Positions 46,262 to 57,196 of a stretch of DNA of 64,000 nt are shown here, piece after piece. A program made the position numbers and the translations under genes. Under the pieces are notes generated by a model that had not been told where the DNA came from, made no database searches, and saw nothing but the letters and a program-made list of their open reading frames with translations. The stretch is from an uncultured Acidobacteriota bacterium. GTDB lineage: Bacteria > Acidobacteriota > Thermoanaerobaculia > UBA5066. The stretch lies in assembly GCA_963779415.1 (NCBI GenBank), contig CAVZYA010000001.1, positions 576,001-640,000 of the forward strand. Reading direction: 5' to 3'. Every line of letters begins with the position of its first letter. Positions within the stretch are counted from its first letter, which is position 1.

Positions 46262-47581
46262 TCAGCGCGTCATCGGGAGGGCGAGGGGGGCGGAGCGGAG
46301 GAAGTCGAAGGAGCGCATCTCCGCGCAGGCGGCGTCGAGCTTCGCCTTCGAGACCTTCTCCAGCGTCACGACGAACGGCAGCGCTTCCTTGTCGTCCCAC
46401 GGAGCCTGGAAGACGGCGTCGATGTTGATGCCCTGCTCCGCGAGGACGCGGCTGATGGCGGCGATGATGCCGGGACGGTCCCTGACGACGAAGCGGAGGC
46501 AGAAGGGGGCGACGAACTCCTCGGCGGGCGCGATGGACGCGCGCGGCAGGGCCTCGAAGCCGAACGTCGGCGCCGCCGGCCGCCCGCCGCTTCGCGCGAT
46601 CTCCACGAGGTCGGAGAGGATGGCCGTCGCGGTCGGGTCGCCCCCGGCTCCGCGCCCGTGGAAGACGAAGGGCCCGCCCGACTCTCCCTCCACCTGGACG
46701 GCGTTGAAGGGCCCTTCCACGCGCGCGAGGAGAGACGAGTTGGAGACGAGATGGGTCCGGACCGAGAGGAGGAGCCTTCCGCTCTCCGTCCGGCGCGCCG
46801 TCGCGATCTGGCGGAGCGTCCGGCCGAGGAGCCGTCCGTAAACGACGTCGTACGGCTCGAGCGCCGTGATCCCCTCCCGCGAGACGTCGTCGACGTTCAC
46901 CTGCTCGCCGAAAGCGAGGCGCGCGAGAAGCGCCAGCTTGTACGCCGCGTCCCATCCCTCGACGTCGCTCGACGGGTCGGCTTCGGCGTAGCCGAGCCGC
47001 TTGGCTTCTTCGAGGATCGAGGCGTAGCGGCCGGAGCCTGCGCTCATCTCCGTCAGGATGAAGTTGCACGTCCCGTTCAGAATCCCCCCGACGGAGACGA
47101 TGCGGTCGCCGGAGAAGCTCTCGCGGAGCGCGCGGAGGATCGGGATCCCTCCGGCCACCGAGGCTTCGATCCCGAGGGCGACTCCTCGCTCGGTGGCGCT
47201 CCGGGCGAGCCCCTCCCCTTCGCGCGCCAGGAGGAGCTTGTTGGCCGTCACGACGTGCTTCCCCGCTCCGATAGCGGCGCGCACGAGACCTCCGGCGGGC
47301 TCGAGACCGCCGAGCAGCTCCACGACCCCGTCGACGCCGGGATCGTAGACGACGCTCTCGAGGTCTTCCGTCCAACGGACGCCTTCCGCGACCCACGTCT
47401 GCTTCTTCTCGAGGACTCGTCGGTTTCCGATCGCGACGACGGAGAGGTCGAGGCCGAGCCGGTCGCGGAGGCGCGGCGACTCCCTCTGAAGCACGCGGAC
47501 GAGCGACTCTCCCACGGTGCCGAATCCGAGGAGACCGATGCGGAGAGTCTTCAAGTCGGCCGACTCTAAGCGAGGCGTCAT
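46262..47581 (-). CDS. hom: Homoserine dehydrogenase with C-terminal ACT domain
   Basis: GFGTVG, HVVTANK, EASVAGGIP, ILNGTCNFIL, LGYAEADPSSDVEGWDAAYK, GRGAGGDPTA, DRPGIIA. Confidence 0.96.
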   Translation of the reverse strand: MTPRLESADLKTLRIGLLGFGTVGESLVRVLQRESPRLRDRLGLDLSVVAIGNRRVLEKKQTWVAEGVRWTEDLESVVYDPGVDGVVELLGGLEPAGGLVRAAIGAGKHVVTANKLLLAREGEGLARSATERGVALGIEASVAGGIPILRALRESFSGDRIVSVGGILNGTCNFILTEMSAGSGRYASILEEAKRLGYAEADPSSDVEGWDAAYKLALLARLAFGEQVNVDDVSREGITALEPYDVVYGRLLGRTLRQIATARRTESGRLLLSVRTHLVSNSSLLARVEGPFNAVQVEGESGGPFVFHGRGAGGDPTATAILSDLVEIARSGGRPAAPTFGFEALPRASIAPAEEFVAPFCLRFVVRDRPGIIAAISRVLAEQGINIDAVFQAPWDDKEALPFVVTLEKVSKAKLDAACAEMRSFDFLRSAPLALPMTR

Positions 47582-47603
47582 GCCCGGTCAAAGGCGCTTC
47601 TCG

Positions 47604-47631
47604 GGAACCTTTCCGGAGGGGCGGGGTCTCA
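47604..47631 (+). promoter_or_regulatory. ECF sigma-type promoter GGAAC-N17-GTCTCA
   Basis: Matches the generic ECF layout; ends 20 nt upstream of an AAGGAG-preceded ATG. Confidence 0.55.
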
Positions 47632-47651
47632 ACCTCCGAAAGGAGACCGAA

Positions 47652-48416
47652 ATGCCCCGCACCCCGCTTCTGCTCGCCCTCCTCGCCTTCGCCGCCGCTC
47701 CGGCCGCCGCCTCTACGGGCGGCGCCGGGTTCGGACTCTCGGTCGTCGTGAACGGCGCCGCCCGCCCGGAATACGCGGAGCGCGGCACCCTCTATGTCGA
47801 AGCGATCCGCGGCCGGAACTACGCGCTTCGAATCACCAACCCGCTGCCGGTCCGCGTCGCCGTTGCGCTCTCGGTCGACGGGCTGAACACGATCGACGCC
47901 CGGCACGCCCCCGCGTGGGAATCGCGGAAGTGGATCCTCGGGCCGTACGAAACCGTCGTCATCGAGGGGTGGCAGGTCTCCGGCGACGCCGCGCGGAGGT
48001 TCGTCTTCACCGGCGAGAAGGACTCTTACGGCGCCCACCTCGGCGAGACCGAGAACCTCGGTGTCATCGAAGCGGTCTTCTTCCGGGAGCGGCCGCGCCC
48101 CGTGGCGCGCGACCGCTTCGCCCCCGCCGCGCCCGCTCCGTCGCGCGAGGCCGCCGGATCCGCCGGGCGCGCCGAGGCTCTCCAGAAATCGTCTGGGCTC
48201 TCCGACGACTACGCGGCGACCGGGATGGGGGACCGGACCCGCCACGACGTCACGGAGGTCCGCCTCGAACTCGACCCGACACCCGCGGCTTCGCTCCGGA
48301 TCCGGTACGAGTTCCGGCCCGTCCTCGAGGCGCTCGGCATCCTTCCCCGTCCCGAGGCCCCGCTCGACCGAAGGGAGCGCTCCCGTGGCTTCGGGGCCTA
48401 CTGTCCCGAGCGGTAG
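47652..48416 (+). CDS. Conserved secreted hypothetical protein
   Basis: Signal peptide; YALRITN..RVAVALSVDGLNTI...IEGWQ...FVFT...SY...NLGVIEAVFFRE pattern; AAGGAG RBS. Confidence 0.75.
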   Translation: MPRTPLLLALLAFAAAPAAASTGGAGFGLSVVVNGAARPEYAERGTLYVEAIRGRNYALRITNPLPVRVAVALSVDGLNTIDARHAPAWESRKWILGPYETVVIEGWQVSGDAARRFVFTGEKDSYGAHLGETENLGVIEAVFFRERPRPVARDRFAPAAPAPSREAAGSAGRAEALQKSSGLSDDYAATGMGDRTRHDVTEVRLELDPTPAASLRIRYEFRPVLEALGILPRPEAPLDRRERSRGFGAYCPER

Positions 48417-48452
48417 AGGGCGCGAAATAGTGCAAACGGATCAGGCGTGAAG

Positions 48453-48480
48453 GCAACCTCCCGGGGCTCCGGAGCGTATA
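48453..48480 (+). promoter_or_regulatory. ECF sigma-type promoter GCAAC-N17-CGTATA
   Basis: AAC...CGT ECF layout upstream of the M16 peptidase RBS GAGGAG. Confidence 0.5.
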
Positions 48481-48515
48481 AAAAGCGTTCCGTGAGACCC
48501 ACGAGAGGAGAGCCC

Positions 48516-51351
48516 ATGCGCCTGATCCGCGCTTTCGTCGTCATCCTCGCCGCCGCCATGGCGACGGCCCTCAATGCCGCGACCCCCTCGAGCGACATCC
48601 TCCCCTTCAAGGCCACCGAGAAGACCCTCCCGAACGGCCTGAAGGTGATCGTCGTCCCGACCGGATTCCCGAACATCGTCGCGATCTACATCCCGGTCCA
48701 GACCGGGTCGCGGAACGAGGTGGAGCCGGGCAAGTCCGGCTTCGCCCACTTCTTCGAGCACATGATGTTCCGCGGGACGAAGAACGTCACGCCGGAGGAG
48801 TACGAGAGGGCCCTGACGAAGGCGGGCGCCCGGTCGAACGCCTACACGACGGACGACTACACCTGCTACCACACGACCCTCGCGAAGGAGGACCTCGAGA
48901 CGATGCTCCGCCTCGAGGCCGACCGCTTCCAGAACCTCTCGTACTCGGAAGCGGCCTTCAAGACGGAGGCGCGCGCCGTCCTCGGCGAGTACAACAAGAA
49001 CAGCGCCAACCCGACCTCGAAGATCTTCGAGGCGCAGCGCGACACGGCCTTCGACGTCCATACCTACAAGCACACGACGATGGGCTTCCTCAAGGACATC
49101 GAGGAGATGCCCAACCAGTTCGCCTACTCGAAGGTCTTCTTCGACCGCTGGTACCGCCCCGAGTACACGACCGTCATCGTGGCGGGCGACGTCGACCCGG
49201 CGAAGGTGATCCCGCTCGTCGAGAAGTACTGGGGCGGCTGGACGCGCGGGAGCTTCAAGGCCGCGATCCCGCAGGAGCCGCGCGCACACGGCCCCGCGGT
49301 ACGCGCACGTCGCCTGGAAGACGCCGACGCTTCCGTGGGTGACCGTCGCCTTCCACGGCCCCGCGTTCTCCGAGACCTCGAAGGAGTACGCCGCCTTCGA
49401 CCTCGCTCTTCGACCTGGCGTTCGGCCGGACCTCCGATCTCTACAAGAAGCTCGTCGAAGAGGAGCAGAAGGTCGACCAGCTCTTCGGCCATTGCGCCCG
49501 GAAGCGCCGACCCGCCTCTCTTCACCGTCGCGGCGCGCGTCAAGAAGCTGGAGGACGCCGTCACCGTCCGCGACGAGATCCTCCGGACCTTCGCGAAGAT
49601 CCGGACGGACCGGTTCCCCGACAAGACCGTCGCGGACGCCATCTCGAACAACCGCTACGCCCTCGCCCGGACGGTTCGACAACACCGAGGCGATCGCGAG
49701 CACGCTGGCCCGCTTCGTCCGGTACGACCGTTCGTACGACACGCTGAACCAGCTCTACCGGACGGCGGCGACCGTGACGCCCGACGATCTCCTCGCGGCC
49801 GCGCGGAAGTACGTCATGGACGGCGAGATGGTCGTGACGACGCTCTCGAAGGAGCCGATGCCGGCGGCGATGGCGGACGCTCCCCGCTCTCGCCACGTTC
49901 GCGGCGCCCGCCGCGGCCGCAGATCTCTCCTTCATCACGCAGAACCCCGCCCTTCCCCAGATCGTCGTGAAGCTCGCGTTCAAGGCCGGTTCGGCCAGCG
50001 ACCCGAAGGGGAAGGAGGGGCTCGCCGCCCTCACCGCCTCGATGATCTCCGAGGCCGGCTCGAAGGAGATGCGGATCGACGAGATCAAGCAAGGCCCTCT
50101 ATCCCGGTGGCCGGCAGCTTCGACGACCAGGTCGACAAGGAGATGACGACCTTCACGGCCGTCATCCACAAGGACAACTGGAGGACGCTGGCCGACGTCG
50201 CCCTGCCGCAGCTCGTCGACCCGGGGTTCCGCGAGGAGGACTTCAAGCGGCTGAAGGACCAGCAGCGGAACGCCCTGACGCAGAACCTCCGGAGCTTCAA
50301 CGAGGAGGAGCTCGGCAAGGAGCGGCTCCAGGAAGACGTCTTCGCCGGCACTCCGTACGGTCACACCGTACTCGGCACCGTGGCGGGACTGAACGCGATC
50401 ACGCTCGACGACGTGAAGGCCTTCGCGAAGTCCGCCTACACGCGCGCCGCCCTGATCGCGGGGATCTCGGGCGCCGCGCCGGCGGAGTTCGTCGACCGCC
50501 TCAGGGCCGATCTCGGCAAGCTGCCGGCCGGTCCCGCTCTCCCCGCTCCCGCGGGGGTCGTCGCGAGGATGCCGAAGGGTCTCGAGGTCGAGATCATCCA
50601 GAAGGAGACGCGGGCCACGGCGATCTCGTTCGGCAACCCGATCGACGTGACGCGCGCGCACCCGGACTTCGCCGCCCTCTCGGTCGCGCAGGTCTGGCTC
50701 GGCGAGCACCGCTCGTCGCAGTCGCACCTCTACCAGCGGATCCGCGAGCTGCGCGGGATGAACTACGGCGACTACGCCTACATCGAGGCGTTCCCGCGCG
50801 GCATGTACCAGTTCTTCCCCGATCCGAACATCCCGCGGCGCTCGCAGCTCTTCGAGGTCTGGATCCGCCCGGTCGTCCCGGAGAACGGCCACATGGCGCT
50901 CCGGATCGCGCTCTACGAGCTGGGGAAGCTGATCAAGGACGGCCTCACGCAGGCCGACTTCGAGGCCACGCGCGAATACCTGATGAAGAACGTCTATCTC
51001 CTCACCTCGACGCAGGACGATCAGCTCGGCTACGCGATCGACTCGGCCTGGTACGGCATCCCGGAGTTCACCTCGACCATGAGCGGGAAGCTCGCGAAGC
51101 TGACGCGCGAGGAGGTCAACGCCGCCATCCGGAAGCACTTCTCGGCGAAGGATCTCTCGGTCGTCATCATCACGAAGGACGCCGCCGGGTTGAAGGAGAA
51201 GCTCCTCTCCGACGCCGTCTCCACGATCAAGTACGACTCGGAGAAGCCGAAAGAGGTCTACGAAGAGGACAAGGTCGTCGGCGCGATGAAGCTCGGCATC
51301 AGGCCGGAGAACGTTAAGATCACGCCCGTCGATGACGTCTTTGCGAGGTGA
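48516..51351 (+). CDS. M16 (pitrilysin) family zinc peptidase, single-chain four-domain form, several apparent frameshifts (49.3-50.1 kb)
   Basis: LPNGLKV, GSRNE, GFAHFFEHMMFRGT (HXXEH), NAYT, EADRF; second half GSASDPKGKEGLAALT, IRELRGMNYGDYA. Confidence 0.88.
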
Positions 51352-51355
51352 AACG

Positions 51356-51727
51356 ATGAAACGTCCCAGTGACCTGATCGTCGGAAGCGCCCTTCTCGCC
51401 CTCCTCTTCGGATGCGGCGGCGGCGGCCCCGGAACGAGCATGGTCCGGGTGTCGAACGTGAAGGTCCCGTCCAAGTCCAGCTCGTGCAAGCTGACGATCT
51501 ACCAGAGCGAAGCCGACGTGAAGCAGGCTTTCGAGAAGCTCTGCGTCATCACGTCGGAGCCGTCCAAGACCGTGGAGGCCACCTACGACGATCTCCGGAA
51601 GGCCGGCTGCAAGTGCGGAGCGGACGCCCTCCTCATCACCGACACCCGGGCCGAGGGGAAGAAGGCGGTCGTCACGGCGGCGGCCATCCGGTACGTGAAC
51701 GCGACGGAGCCGGCGCCGAGGAAGTAA
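51356..51727 (+). CDS. Small Cys-containing lipoprotein, hypothetical (YbjQ-like fold possible)
   Basis: LLFGC lipobox; FEKLCVI...DDLRKAGCKCGADALLI...AAAIRY. Confidence 0.7.
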   Translation: MKRPSDLIVGSALLALLFGCGGGGPGTSMVRVSNVKVPSKSSSCKLTIYQSEADVKQAFEKLCVITSEPSKTVEATYDDLRKAGCKCGADALLITDTRAEGKKAVVTAAAIRYVNATEPAPRK

Positions 51728-51774
51728 CCCCGTTTTCGGTCCACGTCTCGCGCCCCCTCCGTCCGATTCCGGGC

Positions 51775-51827
51775 TTGACGAAATCCCGTATCGCGAATAG
51801 AGTACCGAATTGGTCCGATATCGGACC
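51775..51827 (+). promoter_or_regulatory. Sigma70 promoter (TTGACG-N17-TAGAGT) with downstream palindromic operator GGTCCGATATCGGACC
   Basis: -35 at 51775-51780, -10 at 51798-51803, perfect 16-bp palindrome at 51812-51827, upstream of the Rrf2-suf operon. Confidence 0.75.
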
Positions 51828-51840
51828 GGAGAGATACGCG

Positions 51841-52317
51841 ATGCTCCGAATGGCCAAGCTCACCGACTACGGCATCGTCCTTCTGACCCAGTTCGCGGCC
51901 CGACAGGACGCGGCGCCGATGACGGCGCGGGAGATCGCGGCTCAAGCGCGCCTCCCCCTTCCGACCGTCGGGAAGCTCCTCAAACAGCTCTCGCACGGCG
52001 GCCTCCTCTCCTCGCAGCGCGGGACGAAGGGGGGCTACTTCCTCGCCCGCCCGGCGCGGGAGATCACCGTGGCCCAGATCATCGAGGTGCTCGAAGGCCC
52101 GATGGCCCTCACCGAGTGCCAGGCTCCGGGGGTCTGCGACCAGGAGCGCTTCTGCTCGGTGAAGCCGAACTGGCTCGTCATAAACCGGACCGTCCGGGAC
52201 GCCCTGTCCAACGTCACCCTCGCCGACATGGCCCGCCCGATGCGCCCCGTCTTTCCGATCTCGTTCTCCCCCGATTCGCATCCGGAGAGGACGCTCCCGA
52301 GGGGTCACGCCTCATGA
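51841..52317 (+). CDS. Rrf2 family SUF-system Fe-S cluster assembly regulator
   Basis: MLRMAKLTDYG, PTVGKLLK, SQRGTKGGYFLAR, LEGPMALTEC-X5-C-X5-C..PNW. Confidence 0.9.
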   Translation: MLRMAKLTDYGIVLLTQFAARQDAAPMTAREIAAQARLPLPTVGKLLKQLSHGGLLSSQRGTKGGYFLARPAREITVAQIIEVLEGPMALTECQAPGVCDQERFCSVKPNWLVINRTVRDALSNVTLADMARPMRPVFPISFSPDSHPERTLPRGHAS

Positions 52318-53767
52318 GCAGCCCGAACCCCCTCCTCGACGAGCTCGCCCGGCAGGAGTACAAGCACGGCTTCGTCTCGGCGATCGAGTCCGACGTGATT
52401 CCCGCGGGGCTCTCCGAGGAGGTCGTCCGGCTGATCTCCCGGAAGAAGGGAGAGCCCGAGTGGCTCCTCGAGTGGCGCCTCAAGGCCTTCCGGCACTGGC
52501 TCACGATGGAGGAGCCGACCTGGGCGAAGGTCCACTACCCCGCCATCGACTACCAGAAGATCATCTACTACGCGGCCCCCAGGTCGGTCGACGAGAAGCG
52601 TCCGAAGAGCCTCGCCGAGGTCGACCCCGAGCTCCTCGCCATGTACGAGAAGCTCGGCGTGCCGCTCAAGGAGAGGGAGATCCTCGCCGGCGTCGCGGTC
52701 GACGCCGTCTTCGACTCCGTCTCCGTCGCGACGACTTTCCGGGAGAAGCTGAAGGAGATGGGGGTCATCTTCTGCTCCTTCTCCGAGGCGGTGAGGGAGT
52801 ACCCGGACCTCGTCCGGAAGTACCTCGGCTCCGTCGTCCCCTACACCGACAACTTCTTCGCGACGCTCAACTCGGCGGTCTTCTCGGACGGCTCGTTCTG
52901 CTACATCCCGAAGGGCGTCCGCTGCCCGATGGAGCTGTCGACCTACTTCCGGATCAATCAGGCCGACACCGGCCAGTTCGAGCGGACGCTCATCGTCGCG
53001 GACGACGGGCGCCACCGTCAGCTACCTCGAGGGGTGCACGGCCCCGAAGCGGGACAGGAACCAGCTCCACGCCGCCGTCGTCGAGCTCGTGGCCCTCGAC
53101 GACGCCCGGATCAAGTACTCCACCGTCCAGAACTGGTACCCGGGCGACAAGGAAGGGAAGGGGGGCATCTACAACTTCGTCACGAAGCGCGGGAAGTGCG
53201 CCGGGCGCCGGTCGAAGATCTCCTGGACGCAGGTGGAGACGGGCTCGGCCATCACCTGGAAGTACCCGAGCTGCCTCCTCCTCGGCGACGACTCCGTCGG
53301 CGAGTTCTACTCCGTCGCCGTGACGGCCAACTTCCAGCAGGCCGATACCGGGACGAAGATGATCCACGTCGGGAAGAACACGCGCTCGACGATCGTCTCG
53401 AAGGGGATCTCCGCCGGACACGGACAGAACACCTACCGCGGGGCCGTCGTCGATCCAGAAGGGCGCGCAAGGCGCCCGCAACTACTCGCAGTGCGACTCG
53501 CTCCTCATCGGCGACAAGTGCGGCGCCCACACCTTTCCCTACATCGAGGTGAAGAACTCCTCGGCCACGCTCGAGCACGAGGCCTCCACGTCGAAGATCG
53601 GCGAGGACCAGCTCTTCTACTGCACCCAGCGCGGCCTCTCGGCCGAGGACGCCGTCTCGATGATCGTGAACGGCTTCGCGAGGCGCGTCATCAAGGAGCT
53701 GCCGATGGAGTTCGCGGTCGAAGCCCAGAAACTGCTGGGAGTGAGCCTCGAAGGAGCGGTCGGATGA
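52314..53767 (+). CDS. sufB: Fe-S cluster assembly protein SufB (apparent frameshifts near 53010 and 53450)
   Basis: [85 protein letters not shown]. Confidence 0.95.
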
Positions 53768-54560
53768 AGACCCCTCTTCTCGAGGTCCGGAACCTGCACG
53801 CCGCGATCGCCGAGGACGGCCACCGAGATCCTCAACGGGATCGACCTCGTCATCCGCCCCGGCGAGGTGCACGCCGTCATGGGGCCCAACGGCTCGGGGA
53901 AGAGCACGCTCGCCCACGTCCTCGCCGGGCGCCCCGGCTACGCGGTGACGGAAGGCGAGGTCCTCTTCGAGGGAAAGGACCTCCTCGCTCTCGCCCCGGA
54001 GGTCCGGGCGCGCGAAGGGATCTTCCTGGCCTTCCAGTACCCCGTCGAGATCCCGGGGGTCTCGAACACGTACTTCCTCCGGACGGCCGTGAACGCCGTC
54101 CGTAAGCACCGCGGCCTGCCGGAGCTGGACGCCATGGACTTCCTCTCCCTCCTCGACGAGAAGGCGAAGCTCGTCGAGATGGAGGAGCGGATGCTGGAGC
54201 GCGGTCGTGAACGAGGGCTTCTCGGGAGGCGAGAAGAAGCGGAACGAGATCCTGCAGATGGCGATCCTCGACCCGCGGCTCGCGATCCTCGACGAGACCG
54301 ACTCGGGGCTGGACATCGACGCGCTCCGCGTCGTCGCCTCGGGCGTGAACGCGCTCCGGAGCCCCGAGCGCGGAATGCTCCTCATCACCCACTACCAGAG
54401 GCTCCTCTCCTACATCGTCCCCGACGTCGTCCACGTCCTCGCCGAGGGGCGGATCGTCCGGAGTGGCGGCAAGGAGCTGGCCCTCGAGCTGGAGGAGAAG
54501 GGCTACGCCTGGCTCGGGACCGGGGCGTCCGTCGGGCCCGGAGGCGCGGAGGCCCGATGA
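53764..54560 (+). CDS. sufC: Fe-S cluster assembly ATPase SufC (apparent frameshifts near 53820 and 54205)
   Basis: [59 protein letters not shown]. Confidence 0.95.
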
Positions 54561-55943
54561 CGACGGCGAGCCCGCGACGCGCCGGCGTCGACTCCATCCT
54601 CGCGCGCGGTGAGCAGCTCCTCCGGAGCGAGGGGGGAAAGGCCCCGCTCTTCCTCCGGCGCCTTCGCGAGGAGGGGCTCGCCGCCTTCGGCCGGCTCGGG
54701 TTCCCGGCGGCCGGCGACGAGGAGTGGCGATACACGAACGTCGCGCCGATCGCCGAAGGAGCCTTCGTCGCCCTCTGCCGCGGCGATCTCCGCACGCGAG
54801 CGCGCCGAGGAGCGCGGGCACCTCCTCGCCCTCGACGGGCGCCTCGGACCGATCGCCTTTTCGGATCGGAGGAAGACGCAGCTCGTCTTCGTGAATGGCC
54901 GGTTCGCCGCGGAGCATTCCTCCGTGGAGGGGCTCCCGGACGGAGTCCGGTTCGAGCCCCTCTCCTCCGCGCTCGAGAAGGAGCCTCACCTCCTCGAGGA
55001 GCACCTCGGCCGGTACGCCCGCCCCGACGACCACCCCTTCGTCGCCCTCAACACGGCTCACCTTCGGGACGGCGTCCTCCTCCACGTCCCGCGCGGCGTC
55101 GCCGTCGAGACTCCCCTCTTCGTCTACTGGGTGACGACCGGTGTCGCGTCGCCCTCCCTCGCCACCTCGCCGCGGACGCTCGCGATCCTCGCCGAGAGGG
55201 CGGAGGCCCGTGTCGTCGAGGCCTTCGTCGGAACCGGGGGCCCCGCCTTCGTGAACGCCGTCACGGAGGCCTCTCTCGCCGAGGGCGCGCACCTCGACCA
55301 CGCCACGCTCCAGCGCGAGGGGCCCGGGACGCTCCACATCGGGAACCTGCGCGTCGTCCAGGCCGGCGGGAGCCACTCCCGGACCCATCTCTTCTCGTTC
55401 GGCGGGGCGCTCGTGAGGAACGAGCTCTCGGTCCTCCTCGACGGCGAGGGGGCGGGAACGGCCCTGAACGGCCTCGCCTGCGTCTCGGGCTCCCAGCACG
55501 TCGACAACCACACCCTCATCGACCACGCGCGGCCGCACGGGACGAGCGTGGAGTACTACAAGGAGATCCTCGACGGCTCCGCACGCGGCGCGTTCGACGG
55601 GCGGATCGTCGTCCGGCCGAGCGCGCAGGCGACCGACGCACGCCAGACGAACCGCAATCTCGTCCTCTCGGACACGGCGAGGATCGACTCCAAGCCCCAG
55701 CTCGAGATCTACAACAACGACGTGAAGTGCTCGCACGGCTCCACGACGGGGCGCCTCGACGAGACGATGCTCTTCTACCTCCGCTCGCGCGGCCTCGGCG
55801 AGGCCGAGGCGCGGTCGCTCCTCATCTTCGCGTTCGGAAGCGAGATGGCGGAGAGGGTCGTGGAGAGCGACCTCCGCGCCTATCTCGAGGCCTCGCTCCT
55901 CTCGTGGCTCTCGCACGCGAACCCGGCTCCGGAGGGCGCATGA
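54557..55943 (+). CDS. sufD: Fe-S cluster assembly protein SufD (apparent frameshift near 54780)
   Basis: [53 protein letters not shown]. Confidence 0.93.
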
Positions 55944-57196
55944 GCGACGCCCCGGCCCTCCTCGCTCCCCTCGCGCGGCTCGACGTAGGGAAGATCCGGG
56001 CCGACTTCCCGATCCTCGCTACCCGCTCGCACGGCAAGCCTCTCGTCTACCTCGACAGCGCGAACACGTCGCAGAAGCCCGCCGCGGTGATCGAGGCGAC
56101 GCGACGTTTCTACGCCGAGGAGAACGCGAACATCCACCGGTCGACCTACGCCCTTTCGGAGAAGGCGACGGCCGTCTACGAAGGGGCCCGCGAGGAGGTC
56201 CGCCGCTTCGTCGGCGCGGCCGAGACGAAGGAGATCGTCTTCGTCCGCGGAGCGACCGAAGCGATCAACCTCGTCGCGACGAGCTTCGGGCAGGCCTTCG
56301 TTCGCGAGGGGGACGAGATCCTCCTGACGGGGCTCGAGCACCATTCGAACATCGTCCCGTGGCAGCTTCTCTGCGAGCGGAGCGCCGCCTCCCTCCGCGT
56401 CCTCCCGATCACCGACAGGGGCGAGCTCAGGCTGGACGAGCTGCCGCGCCTCCTGACGAAGCGGACGAAGCTCCTCGCCCTCTCCCACGTCTCGAACGCC
56501 CTCGGGACGATCAACCCCGTGAAGGAGATCGTCGCCATGGCGCACGGGCAGGGCGTCCCCGTCCTCGTGGACGGCGCGCAGGCCGTGCCGCACCTCCCCG
56601 TCGACGTCCGGGACCTCGACTGCGACTTCTACGCCTTTTCGAGCCACAAGATGTACGGGCCGACGGGGATCGGCGTCCTCTACGGGAAGCGCTCGTGGCT
56701 CGAGAAGATGCCGCCGTACCAGGGGGGCGGCGACATGATCTCTTCCGTCACGTTCGAGAAGACGACCTACAACTCCCTCCCGTGGAAGTTCGAGGCCGGG
56801 ACCTCGAACCTCGCCGGCGCCGCCGGCCTCGCGGCCGCGGTCGCATGGCTCTCGAACGTCGGCCTTCCGGCCGCGGCCTCCCACGAGCACGACCTCCTCG
56901 TCTACGCGACCGATCGGCTCCTGGAGATCCCGGGCCTCCGGATCTTCGGAACGGCACCCAGGAAGGCCGCCGTCATCTCCTTCCTCCTCGGCGACGTCCA
57001 CCCCCACGACGTGGGGACGATCCTCGACGAGGAAGGGATCTGCATCCGGACCGGCCAGCACTGCGCCCAGCCCGTGATGGACCGCTTCGGCATCCCGGCC
57101 ACCGCGCGCGCGAGTTTCGGCGTCTACAACAGACGCGAGGACGTGGACGCCCTCGCGGAGGGCCTGCGGAAGGTGCGGGAGGTCTTCGGCGGATGA
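55940..57196 (+). CDS. sufS: Cysteine desulfurase SufS
   Basis: LVYLDSANTSQKP, EHHSNIVPWQ, VDGAQ, FSSHKMYGPTG, FEAGT, RTGQHCAQP. Confidence 0.96.
   Translation: MSDAPALLAPLARLDVGKIRADFPILATRSHGKPLVYLDSANTSQKPAAVIEATRRFYAEENANIHRSTYALSEKATAVYEGAREEVRRFVGAAETKEIVFVRGATEAINLVATSFGQAFVREGDEILLTGLEHHSNIVPWQLLCERSAASLRVLPITDRGELRLDELPRLLTKRTKLLALSHVSNALGTINPVKEIVAMAHGQGVPVLVDGAQAVPHLPVDVRDLDCDFYAFSSHKMYGPTGIGVLYGKRSWLEKMPPYQGGGDMISSVTFEKTTYNSLPWKFEAGTSNLAGAAGLAAAVAWLSNVGLPAAASHEHDLLVYATDRLLEIPGLRIFGTAPRKAAVISFLLGDVHPHDVGTILDEEGICIRTGQHCAQPVMDRFGIPATARASFGVYNRREDVDALAEGLRKVREVFGG

Noticed and set aside
43641-46841. 1066-aa plus-strand ORF and many other long overlapping ORFs (e.g. 14547-16823, 34060-36021, 53877-55916)
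   Set aside because: Shadow ORFs antisense or off-frame to recognizable genes, Arg/Pro/Gly-rich and motif-free, as expected in GC-rich DNA.
52314-55943. Frameshifts in sufB, sufC and sufD as programmed frameshifting or pseudogenization
   Set aside because: Scattered single-base indels with no slippery motif and no premature-stop decay in otherwise well-conserved genes; the same pattern hits unrelated genes, so long-read consensus error is the simplest explanation.
53867-57196. Apparent 1109-aa SufC-SufD-SufS fusion in the ORF track
   Set aside because: Produced by frameshifts; each gene has its own ATGA-coupled start.
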